From: Trichinella spiralis
Lineage: Eukaryota
Direction: 5' to 3'
NCBI RefSeq assembly: GCF_000181795.1
Contig: NW_003526941.1
Span: 6,439,659 to 6,503,658 of the forward strand
Length of the DNA: 64,000 nt
The position numbers and the translations under genes were made by a program. Each line of letters begins with the position of its first letter. The first letter of the stretch is position 1. Below are positions 1 through 12,407 of this stretch, piece after piece. Under the pieces are notes generated by a model, which was given only the letters and a program-made list of their open reading frames with translations, ran no database searches and had not been told where the DNA came from.

Positions 1-614
1 AACAACAACTTGTTACACTGTCAAATGAAAATTTTCTGAATTTCAATGTTGTCAACTTTCTGAAGATGAGAATAAAATCCACTTTGATACAAAATGACCA
101 GTTGTGATGATAATGCGCAGCGGGGGACAGAGGTGCTATCTTTATGTCTGTATATTTTTCAAACGACCTTCGCAACGCGATGGTCCGTTTCAATTCCGTT
201 AAGATTATTCCCAATGTGTTATTTTCAAATTGTGCTGTTGGCCTCAATTTCGAAACGAATCATTTGCATGAAGCAAAATTGATATGATCCATTTGATTAT
301 TATTCAATGAAAATGATGCAATTGGTTTACTTTATTCAAACAACAACGATCGCTTGTTTCAACCACGGATTTTATCATCATTTGCAGTTATTACGTTGCA
401 CTTTGTTAAATACAAAACTAATAACACTATTACACACGAGTGAAAAATGCATTTCAAAAAATGAAATTATCATTTGCAATAATAAAAAATTATGTTTCAT
501 GTTTTCCAAAAGTTTGCAACAAAATATTGGCAGCAAAAAAATTAATCAATCTACTTTTTTAACAGTACTGGAATCAGAAGTATCAGAATAATAATATTTC
601 AATATCAATTTCAG

Positions 615-977
615 GCAAACAAGCCTTTGATGGAGAAACGTCGTCGTGCGAGAATTAACAGAAGCTTAGATGAGCTGAAATCAATGTTGATTTGTTCGAC
701 TAAACCTTCAGTAAATAAATGCAAAATAAAAAACAATTTTCCATTTTTTCTTCACGTTAAAAATAATTCACACATATTCATATGCAGATACCTGGCCATT
801 CGAAGTGGGAAAAAGCGGACATATTGGAAATGACAGTTCAGCAAATGCGAACTTTACGAACTCAAACTAACAATCCTCGTAACATTCGAATCACAATAAT
901 CATACTTGCATATATGATATTTTTTGTTTAGCTCGTGATGATCCAATCGCTTATGGACAATTCATTTCCGGTTATAC
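615..977 (+). CDS. Hairy/E(spl) (HES) bHLH-Orange transcription factor, partial; truncated by the N-gap at 978-987
   Basis: Exons 615-710 (ANKPLMEKRRRARINRSLDELKSML), 788-878 (HSKWEKADILEMTVQQMR) and 932-977 (DPIAYGQFISGY, start of Orange domain), all with GT-AG borders. KPLMEKRRRARIN and EKADILEMTV are diagnostic of the HES family. A possible first exon is 94-132 (MTSCDDNAQRGTE). No WRPW tail was seen. Confidence 0.9.
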
Positions 978-1158
978 NNNNNNNNNNGCTACGCCCAAAG
1001 CATTTTATTGCACAATATTTGCCTTCAGGGGGATATGCAAATTTTCTTTTGCTTTCAGGCTATGCCCAGGGACATCCCCTCAGGCTATTTTTTTCGAAAA
1101 TTTGCATAATTCAGCACCCGGCTGCAATTTCATATCCTACGTCTTACAATTATTCCAC

Positions 1159-1454
1159 TACTTAACTGCGCTTTCCCGTACTCCACTCAGCGTAGAGTAA
1201 CGCCTCATACTTNACCTATACCTTTAACTTTTACTTACCTGCCNTTATACTTACCTANTACCTATNTACTTTAATCCACTTTATACTNAATTNCTTTATA
1301 CTTACCTGCANNCCTACCTTTTTCATTTTACTCATCCTGCACCCTACGTTATCGTACTTACCTTTCAGTACTTACCTGCAGTCCCATTTACCTGCACGCA
1401 ATCACTTTAAATATATCCTCTTCGACTCTACTTACCTGCATTCCACTTACCTGT
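1159..1454. repeat. Degenerate array of TACTTACCTG(CA) motifs
   Basis: About 10 irregularly spaced copies, e.g. at 1232, 1247, 1298, 1355, 1369, 1387, 1429 and 1445. Several Ns indicate low-quality sequence. Confidence 0.75.
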
Positions 1455-1869
1455 GCGCTGTTCTTTGATGCTACGTACCAGTATTTTACGCTATCAGATC
1501 CCTAGTGCTCTTTAATGGAAGATTTGTAAAAAGAGAAAAAAAATTCCTAAAAAAATAAAATTAGAAATAAAATTGCTAAAAGAATTCTAAAAAGGACATG
1601 TCCATGATTCCTAAAATTCATAGTTGAATATAGTTGAATTGAATATAACAGGTATATAATAATAATAGAAATAAATATAACAGCAGCATAATAAAAATAA
1701 CCACTTACGTTATTCGATGGAGATCATTCAAGATGCGGCTTTCGTCTTCACAGTTACGCACTAAAACATTAAATACAAAACACTTCTTCTACAAAAAAAT
1801 AATGCCATTCTTCCTTACCTTGCGTGACAAGGAAAAACATCAGAACCGTAGGAACCGCAATTTGAGAGT

Positions 1870-3180
1870 GCCATCAGCTGCGACTAAACAAAAATTTTCT
1901 GATGACGTAATCCATTGCTATCAAGAACAAAATGCTGAAATGTACAGCGACATGTTCTCTTTATTTAACCTATTTCATTGCTGTCATAATATCAAATTCC
2001 TTCTTACTATTTGTGATAAGCAAAGGCACACTGGGACGGCTAGAAAACGCCAGGTGAGCACTGGTTGGCCTCAGTACAGGCTTCATGAGACCACATAATC
2101 CACAGCTACTATAAACAAAAACTACTTACTAATTTTTGTCATATCACATTGGAAACGCATTGACGAAAGATCTATACGGGCACCAGCGCTACTCAAATGT
2201 CTCAACGTAATCTGCTAGAATTACAATCATTTATTTCTTTCTAGTTCTTATGATAAGTGAAACCACACTAGTACCAATGATGAACGTCACTGCGTCAACT
2301 TCAACTCAGAGGGATATCAGAAGAAACATCGAATTCGCTTGATGTTAATGTAATGCTGTCATGGATAAAATGTGGACACTTTACGTATCCAACTGCAATC
2401 AGGAGCAAGTTAAATACTTACGCATGTTTTTGATGCCACATTTAGAACAAACCAATGTGAACATGACTAATCACGGCGTCCAGAACGAAAGGAACTTGTA
2501 AACAGTTCAGCTAATGATGTTATCTGTTATTATAGATATTCATGTATTCATATTCATATTCAGATAGATATTCAAATTCAATCCATGTAACACTCGCATC
2601 TTCAAGCTATCTAATTAATCAAATTCAATACTTACTGATGAACGATACTATGTGATAAGCAAAGGCACACTGGGACGGCTAGGAAACGCCTTTACGGCCA
2701 TGCTAACACGGGTTGCAAACGGTGCAAGCTTCATGGGATGACGTAATCCATAGCTATTATAAACAAAAGCTACTCACTAATTTTTGCCATATCACATTCG
2801 AAACGCACTGACAGCACGAACGCTGCTCGGCTGACTCAGCGAAATTGCCACAATTACAATCCATTCCTTCATACTTTTATGATAAGTGAAACCACACTAG
2901 AACAACTGGGAAACGTCACTGCACCAAACACTGTACTGTGCGATCTAACTGCAATCAGGAGCAAATTCAATACTTAAGGATGTTTGTGATGCCAAATTTA
3001 GAACGAAATGATGTGAACATGACTTACCACGTTGCCCAGAGCAAAAGCAATACCATAAAAACTCAGCTGATGACGTAATCTGTAATTACAGAAGTTACCT
3101 AATTCTGCCTATATCTAATACGCCTATCGTCTCGCTATCTAATTAAACATATTCACACTTACTGTTTTTTGTCATAAGTT
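1870..3180. repeat. Diverged tandem duplication, unit about 550-640 bp, roughly 2.2 copies
   Basis: Identical blocks in colinear order: 32 nt TGTGATAAGCAAAGGCACACTGGGACGGCTAG at 2012-2043 and 2651-2682; TGATAAGTGAAACCACACTAG at 2251 and 2880; AACTGCAATCAGGAGCAA at 2391 and 2947. Confidence 0.85.
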
Positions 3181-6100
3181 TTTTGAACGCTATGCCAGCA
3201 ACTCCAACAACCACTGTTCAACAGCTTTTACTTGTCTTTACTGATAATAGATTGCATCTGGGCATTTTCAAAATGTAGCAAGGCAAATGTAATTTTCAAT
3301 TCTTAAAAGAATTGAATTGAATCAGAATAATCTATGATATCACATACATGATAATTTAACATTAGTGCTACTGTTAGAATGAAAGCAATGTGGCGCCATT
3401 GGCATTACCACCTTTAACCTAAATTTAACAAAAAAATAAATGTAAAAAGCAAGGCATATTTATCATGATGCATAGTTACCATATTCAGTTAGTTTTCAGA
3501 ATTTGGTTGTTTCATATTCATGGATATGAAAATAAAATAATGTAAATTCTAAAAGTGAATTATATTAATGCAGTCATCTATAAATAAAAAACAGAAATAG
3601 ATACTTCTTCGTCTTCAGCATCTGATGTATCTAAAACTTAGCAATAATAACACTAGAAAGACCCGCCAGTTTCCATTCACCATATATGTTAAGCAACATG
3701 CATAGCATACCACCACCAAAATATCAAATCCAACTTACCAGTTATTCATGGATGGTGTTGAAGAGCGGAATTATAGTTGACCACGTGCTAGATTGATAGC
3801 ATTGCAGTGAACTGCAAAACCTAATAAAATCGATGTGCTTGTTCAATTGTATAATAAGTAAATTATGCAAATGACTATTTACATTGCTTCACGAAGAGCA
3901 ACCTAATTTTCCATCAGTAATAGCGCACTAAAATAAACAATATGAGCAACATTATGAAACGACACGATGAAATTTATTACGTTTCTATTTACACATTTCA
4001 TATTACTACGTAATATGGCATTGTTATGCAAATATTTTTCCCTAAAATTACCTAAAAGGAAATATTATTAACCTGAAGCATCGCAAATTACTAAAAATAA
4101 ACGGAAATGCTATCACTACGTATTTATGCATATTGTATAATTTAGTTGCTTAAAAGTACAAGGTGATTCAATAATTTATATTTCATCAATGTTTTTCATC
4201 TAATCAAAATTATCTGGATAATAAAAAATAGCTTGCACTGAAAATAGTTTCGAAAATAAAATACGTTTTCAGATTTATGGAAAATTAAACAGTTGTCATG
4301 AAATTTTATGATAATAACTGCGACAAAAATTTTATAACATACAATTTATCTCAGCACAGAATTTAACAAGTGCGCACCGTAGACATCATGATGGTAAGCG
4401 GCTGCACCAGTGGGTATGCCCCTTGACAGCTTATTTACTATTAAAATTTTGTTTTAACTAAACTATCGTTTACACCTTATGATGATTTATAGTAAGACTG
4501 GAAACTTGGTTGAGCACTGCATCAGCGCGCCACATACAATGTGAGATAAACCTACCAGCACAAATTAAGTAACTCAACGATTTGCAATGAATTCAAGAAA
4601 CTTATGCGGTTGACAATTCTGCATTGCATTTCATGAAAAGAATAAAACAAAAGAATCAGGAGTACACTGGATTTGGTTATATTGCTAGTCGACAGCAATT
4701 ATGAGAAATTAGATTTATATGAGATAAAAACAGCTAAGTGCTGTTCATTCAGCTCGAAATAGGGGGTGGGCAGCATTTTCAGTTGAATGCGATCTCTGTT
4801 CAGCTTAGTATTATTACGAGCTCAATGATGGGGATCATTAGAAAGGAAAGGAGGGCGGGACAGCATAGCAGGAAGGAATGAGGGAGAGGTTAAAGGATGG
4901 AGGAGGTGGAAGTTGCCATATGCGTTCTTCCTCTCAATCTTCACGTATAATATTCAGGCATTGCTTCATTTATCAATACTGACAACATTGATGGGCATTG
5001 AGTTATTTTCTCAATGACATAAAAAAGGGGCATCTGTATAGGTCAGTGCTATTGGCGGTACAAAAATATAATAGAAACTTTAAGGAGTCATTTCTAAAAT
5101 GAAGGGAATGTTACTGCCATTCTGAAAGTATTAAAGGAGGTAGTATAAAAGTGTGTTCTCTAGCTAACAGCAGCTTTCCTATGTCATGCTAAAACAATCT
5201 TGTGCACGATTTGAGCAGTGGCAAGCATTTAGGGGTGCGATTCTGCAACTGCAGTATCCCGGTGACAGATGTTTCCTTTAAACAATTGGGCATGTATGTT
5301 ACCTTAGCAATAAACATTACAGTGGGCAGTAAAGATAATGTGGGAGGGGTTCAACTGCTATGTCAGAGTACTACTTTACAAATGGATTTCTAAGGACTAT
5401 TGAAAATTATAGAAAAATATACCATTAGTACTATTATATATTGGCTTGGCCGTAATAAAGTCTCGAATATTATTTGAACATCATTACTGAAGAACAACGC
5501 GCTAGTTTCCATTCAAAAAGACTAAAATCAAACAACTACAAAAAGCTTAAAAAGCGCGCATGTTTAGTGCAGTGTGCCAAGAGAAAGAAGGAAAACATTG
5601 TGTGAAAAATAGCAAATATATGAAAATTCATACCTGTCAGCAGACTTGTCAGGGATGACGTATAAAGCAAACGTAGAGTCATACATTTTGTAACTGATGT
5701 TCGTGGTTTCTTCATATTTTTAGTCTAACAATCACAACGTAATTGTTGCAGTGAAGCATCGAAAAGACCAAATACCGCAATGCAGTAAGTAATTAGACCG
5801 CCCTTCAGCAGCGAACATTTATACTATAGTGCTGTTCTCTCAATAAACAGAAATTTATATAAGGAACATTGCTACCAAATTTGAATAACACACAGTGCAC
5901 GTAGCGGAATGCCAACGGCAGTGTTTACCATCACATTTGCATAAAGTTACTCTTCTGACCTAGAAATACATGTATGCTTTGAAAACGTATAATAACAATG
6001 TAATGAGTCAACACCAAAGATTATAGTAATTGCTGAACAACAACAAAGTCCTCATTACGTTACAGATGAAAGTCTCTGTCTATCACAAATAATGTTAAGG

Positions 6101-7051
6101 CGTAAATTAAAAAAAGTATAAAATACTGTCTCACGTAGATGCGGCTGTAATAACACGATGATAATACTTTGCAGTATTCAGCAAAATTCATTCATTAATT
6201 TAAAGGAACTGATTGTTTAGTGAACCATGAAAAATCTTTCAAATTCTACTTGTATTGCTGCTGATGTTGTTTATTATACATTGCAGCAATTCTGCTAAAA
6301 TGTATAAATACGGAAGACTAAACGGTACTATCATCCATGCTTTGACAGTGACTTGGATCACTTCGGTTACCTTCACACCAGACAGACTCTTTCGATAAAA
6401 ATTAATTTATTAAAATGCAAATTCACTTCGAGAAATCAAATATATACTTTTACCTTCGTAGTAACTTATCAATCGGATCACTTCCAGAACGAATCACTTG
6501 ATAATGAAATGCTCAAAAAAGAAATGCATGATTTCCCTTCCTGACAATTCAAATGTCGTGGCATTCCAGTGTTCATCAAAAACATCAAACCAAGTTTCAG
6601 ATGTTTGATTTTCCTAAAAATGGGTTCAATAGGATTTCAAAATAATATGAAGAACCGAAAGTGCAATATTACAAATAGATTCACGTTTCGAACACTAATC
6701 ATATATTCATGTGGCAACTTTCTATAAAAGCTATAAATTTCAAATTCTAATTTTAATTTTAATTTTTTAATTTAAGCGAATTATGAACATCAAATTCTAC
6801 TCATAATTATAATATATACTCCACATTAAAAGTATATCAAAATTGATAGCAATATTTTGTTTAAATAAAAACACAAGAATCATCAAGAAAATTTAAACAT
6901 GTCAGTAATTTAAACGTTAATGCCATTAAAATATTATTTTAAAATTCTTCGGTGCATAAAATTGGCAGCAAATGACAAGAACAACAGTACTTGACAGTTT
7001 TCTCTAGAACAGGCCGTGAATTGGGGAAAAAATTGAGAAAGTTTTCCTGAA

Positions 7052-10000
7052 ATGGTAATCATTTTTTCATTTCAGTTCTCATTTTCTAGAAAAACCTATG
7101 AATTAAAGAATATTTTTTTACACTTACATATTTCTTCAATACACATGATATGAATTTTCTCAGCCAGTTCTGTTCGCCCAACAGAAACATTAATATGAGC
7201 ATCATGATTTATTTTTGTGATTTTCAATTTTCAGACATTCGAAGTTTTGCTGATTTTTCTCCTTTGCTTCAACGTTCAGAAAGCCCTGAGTAATTCTTCT
7301 TCTTCTTGCCCAGCCGATACGTATCCAGATGTGTACAGAGGTGGAAGAAGAGATGTCAACCACTGCACAACATTCGTACTTTCCAAAGAATTAAAAACTA
7401 CAAAAAACATGCCAGAAACAAAAGGCGACAACACTTTGCTCGGAAAAATGGTCAACTTTTGCAAATATCATTTCAAAAATGGTCAACTGCTATCTTACTT
7501 GAATGAAGACGCGATTCGCTATCACCAATACTATAAATATCCAGAAAAAGAAATAATTGTGCATTCTGGAACGGAAGTAGGCATAACTAGGTTTGAAAGA
7601 AACGTACCCAGGTATCACAAACTTTGGAAAACAAACAAACCGCATGAGTGCTACATGAACACGGCGATTTTCTTCAATCGAAGTTCAGATAAAATATCGA
7701 CTACTCACATGGAACGATGTGTAAACTATTTTTACGGTTTCAAAAAAACGTCAGAATATGAACATCTAATTATGCATCCGTGGTGGCAAAATTACAGTAT
7801 TGCTGAATCTGAAAAAAAATACCGCATGGGATTACACTCAATGTGCAGATGCATGAGAATACAAAGTGAAACTAATGAATATAAATTTGCCACTCCGGTA
7901 TTGAATTGTTCAGCTGACAACTGCGAATATTTCGCTTGCGTATCTGCAAGTTACAAAAACTGTATAGACGAAAGAATTGAACAATGTACATTTTCACCAA
8001 ATGAAAACATATGCCGAGAATACACTTATGTACGTCACCAAGAAGCCGATATACCGTATGGAAAAGAATGCCCTGAACGTGATTATGGAGAAATATGCGA
8101 GTGTCCTTGTTCAGACCTAGAGTGGTCAGAGTGGTCTGCAAAAAGTACAACTTGCGGTCCATACACAAGAGAACGGTATAAAGTCATAAAAGGATTCGAA
8201 AATGTCGAAGTGGACTGTACACAAGAAAGATACAAATGCTGCTTTTCTATTGAAGAAGGATTGCAAACTGATTGCAAAGATTTTTTTATCAACTCCAACA
8301 AAACCATAATGGAACATAATGAAACATGTACAAAAAATGATGGGACGATAATAAAAACCGAGGCTGGATATTTTTGCGAATGTGATGACAGTCGTCATGG
8401 AACATTATGCGAAAAAAGTGAGAATTGAGTTAATTACAAATACTATTTCTAATTCACACAAAATGTGACGTATCATTGAGGTAAAACTACGTAAAACAGT
8501 TTACTTAAATGTCCTCCTACATTTTGGTAATTTGCAATTTGAAATGATTATTACACAAATGACTAGAATCTCAATAATGTTTGTAATTTTATTCCCGAAA
8601 GTTAAGCTGAATTTACTGAAAAGATCAATACAGAATTGGTAGAAAAAACCATAAAAAATAATATTCCATTTCTGAAATGACAATTATTTCTACTGTTGTT
8701 GTTAATTAATATCAATAATTAATATACATTTTTTACCATTGTAAATGTAAATCATATATGCAAAGCTTGTCAATTCATTGTAGGTTACACATTCTGTGAA
8801 GACCATCCAAATATATGCCAAAATGGTGGAAAGTGCTTCAATGCGGGAAGTTCATATATTTGTTCTTGCACTTCGGATTTTCAAGGCGTAAACTGCACTA
8901 TACGTAAGTAATTGCTAAAAATTCCACATGCAGGGCCATTTATTGTCTGTTTTCAATATGGCATTTTTTATTGCATTTGACAAAAGTTTAAAACAATAAT
9001 ATTCATGCTTTGAAACGTATTTCCAGACACAATAATATTATACTGCAATGTTGTAAAAAATTCTATTCAAATTGGAAGCAACAGGATTTATCTGTTAATA
9101 AGAGCGACAATAAATTACTAAAATTAGACAAGAACTATACAAACTTTTGAATTCATTTTTACCTTAATTTTGCCCTAACTTCAAATTCTTGATAATAACA
9201 ATACAAATGAATTCGATGCATAAAATGAATCATCTATTTGTTACTGTAAAGTTGATACTTTTAGCTGAAATCACCTGCAACAACGGCAAAGAATGTTTAA
9301 ATGGAGGAAATTGTTCGCTTGTGGACGGTAAACACATCTGCGTGTGTAGCCCAGTTTACACAGGCAAATTTTGCGAAAGCCGTAAGTGAAAATTTCTTAT
9401 AAATTTAATTATATTCCACGAAACAAATAACAATTGCAATTTACCCTGATTAACAATATATTGTCGTGCATTTGAATATTATCAAAGATTTGTCGCGTAA
9501 TTCAGTAATAAAACAACAATAAAATGCATAACAGAATCCCCTTTGCCCATTCAAATCAATACAACAACTAACATTCTTGTACTTTCTTAGATACTGGCTT
9601 GTGCAAGAAGAATTCTTGCAAAAACGGTGGCTGTTGTGCAGTTTTAAGTGAAACACACTTCCAATGCCTTTGTGCACATGGCTTCAAAGGCACCTTATGC
9701 GAAGAGGGTAGAAAAATATGATTGTAGAAAATTGCACATTAAATTACATTAATTAGTTAGTATCATTTCAGCTGTCAGCACACTCGAGGAAATTGCAATA
9801 ACGCTATCAAATTCCTATGTAACTATGGTAATTGCCATTTGTTCATTAGTGGCAGTGGCTTTCCTTTACCTAAGTGGAAAAGCAGTGCGCCGCCATCGAG
9901 TAAGCATCTTTTACATTGTCAGTTTATCACATTAATTTTCCAAAATGAATAAATTTACCTCTAATTACATAACAGTTAATTATTATAAAATATTGAACAG

Positions 10001-10252
10001 GTAAGTTTTATCAAGTTAAACAAAAATATATCAGATGTGAATAAGTAATATTATAATTATGACGCTGTAAGGGGTAAGTTGGAATTATTGGAACTTTCCT
10101 CTTTGCTAATATTAGTATTAGTAACAGTAATTGGATATTCAGATAAAATATTACATTGTAATTGATTTCAGAAGCGACGTCGAGCAAGGTATTCTAAGCA
10201 ACGGAAAGCTCCCACAGAACCGAAAACGTTATCCACAGAGACAAATTTGTAA
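7052..10252 (+). CDS. Type I membrane protein: signal peptide, Cys-rich N-terminal region, TSP1-like module, 4 EGF-like repeats, TM helix, short basic tail
   Basis: ATG-only exon end at 7052-7054 (ATG|gtaatc), then exons 7235-8417, 8784-8903, 9265-9381, 9591-9707, 9772-9899 and 10172-10252 in consistent phase. Signal TFEVLLIFLLCFNVQKALS; WSEWSAKSTTCG (TSP1-like); EGF motifs CQNGGKC, CLNGGNC, CKNGGCC; TM YVTMVIAICSLVAVAFLYL; tail ends LSTETNL*. Confidence 0.85.
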
Positions 10253-11099
10253 AAGCGAAAATTAACAATTACAATTTTTTATTTTCAATAACAATATAAC
10301 CATTATTGAAATCATAATTGTATATTATTAAGTTCAATTTATTTCTTTTTAAAATTCATTGAATAAAATTCAAAAAAAAACCTAGACAAAACTGTTGTTC
10401 ACTCTCGAATCACAATATATCAAATTTCTTATACTATCATCACGCGCTTTCACATTCATTACTTTACCAACTACTGCGCTGTACTATGTCAACAATATTA
10501 GAAAATATTCTCAGATAACGGCATACAGAACCATGGAACTCATCCAGTAGTGTACTTTATCGTGGTTTGATTGGGAGAAATTGTCGGTTAGTCAGTTAGG
10601 TGTTCATCTGCTTATTTCGTGTTGATATATTCCAATTTTTACAATAAAGTACATCGTTTAGTCGGAAATTTCAGTCGAAAAAGTCTGCCCAAGACCGGCT
10701 TCAAATATCTCTCACAGTAAAGAAAATTGTAAAATTTTACCACTACAAATCAGAACTGTACAGGGAGTATTTTCAAAGTAAAATGTGGAATAATTGATGA
10801 AAAATTATTACGAATCATAATACCAGAGACGATAAAACCACGTTCATCAGTATGACGGATAAAATGGCAAAATCGACTGTGAAAAATCAAAGCGAATGTA
10901 CAATTGATCAATTAATTTGAATAATCTGAATTGCTTTTTCAACAAATGTCGATTGTATGAGAGGTAAAATGAATTTTACAAACAAAACAAAATAATTAAT
11001 TGAACAGTTTGTGCAGAGACATTTTCTGTCAACAACAAGCACAACTGAAATTATTTATCATTAATTTTTTTCTTTTTCTATTCCAAACTACAATATACG

Positions 11100-12407
11100 C
11101 TGTTAGCAGTATCGTAAAGTAGAATTTGCCAACTTGGAATCTGGGATGAGCAACCACCAACCGATCAACTGAAAACTTAATCTTTCCACCATCATTCGTC
11201 TTCTGTGTTGAAATTGTTATGAAATAAATATGCTTTTTGTCGACAAAAAAGGTAAAAAGCGAAAAAAACGCAGTGCCAGGGTTCACTAATTATTCCGCAA
11301 GTTTCTCATGGATTCTTCAGCACATTCAAATTGCACCATAATTTTCACCCTCCATTTGTGTTTAACAGGTTGTTTGATGTGAACCGTATATGAATGGAAC
11401 AGAAGCTCAGGAATAAAATATCACTTACTATTTAACTGAAGATGGTATTGAGGAAAAAAGCTCAACGCGCTTCTTGACTGCTGATCAATGCATTGCTTAA
11501 CTAAATAACCATGAAGATGACATTCTCGAAATTGGTTCACGATCAAATCCAAGAAATTAGAATAGTTAGTTTAGCCTAGTTGAAATCACCGCACGCTATG
11601 TCCTAATAGCAGAATGACGTCACTACAATGAAAAATTTTACCAATTATAAAAGTTATTACGTTTGTATTCAACTTTCATATGATATTATGCATTGTAAAT
11701 GAATTTCTTTTTGAATGTTGATTTCAACACCTGATGCTCTTTATAAATGCAAATAAAGGAAATCAGATTAAACAAACATGTAAAATATTGTAACAAGCTA
11801 CTGCAACCGAGCTATAAGATAATTAAGCTGTAATGCACTATATATTGGGGAAAGCTTTGATGAAAAATAATCACCCAATCATTGAACAGAGTTAAGTAGC
11901 TAATCAAATATTACAAGACACTCGTCCAATTGCTGATCAAAATTGAGTAACTAATGAAATTGCACATTTCATCAGCCAATTACTGACGAGCACCGTACAA
12001 CCTATCAATGAACAGCTAATCAGAAAATTGTGGGCAAATTTTAGCAAGCCAAATATGAAGAAAATACGTATAATGGCAAAATCAACCTTTAAATGAAACT
12101 TTACTATGTGAAGAACCAGTAAAGGGTGAAACGTCACTGGAATTGCAATAAAAGTGAGCTGATACAACTGAAATCAGTGATTCAACAACTCTATGCATTA
12201 GTGATCAAGATAAATGATATCTGATGATCGAATAAATTTCTAAATTGCTAAATTCAATTCAGAAATAGCATGTCAAACAAAAGGAAGCATTAAGTTAATT
12301 AAATAAATGAAATGAAAGCTCCAAAATGCTCGCTGCTCACCAGGGTCAAAATTGACCCGGCTTGGTCATCGGATAGACAAAGAATATTTTGGTCTTCCGG
12401 AGGTTAA
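11100..12407 (-). mobile_element. Decayed piggyBac DNA transposon (5' end plus transposase remnant)
   Basis: The minus strand begins TTAA-CCTCCGGAAGACC (12407 downward), with a subterminal palindrome GGGTCAAAATTGACCC at 12343-12358. Broken minus-strand peptides resembling piggyBac transposase motifs occur in the expected order: ADEMCNFISYSILIS (about 11.95 kb), FLGFDREP (about 11.55 kb), and CPFI..KHKWRVK/KLWC (about 11.35 kb). Many stops and frameshifts. Confidence 0.7.

Noticed and set aside
1298..1440. U1 snRNA genes
   Set aside because: Only the first 10-11 nt match; the U1 stem-loops and Sm site do not follow.
1159..1454. CRISPR-like repeat-spacer array
   Set aside because: The repeats are only about 11 nt, spacing is irregular, the context is eukaryotic, and no cas genes are present.
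4740..5470. Retroelement remnant and mariner-like TIR (TATATTGGCTTGGCC at about 5438)
   Set aside because: The region is purine/GC-shifted, but I recognised no RT, integrase or transposase motif and found no partner TIR.
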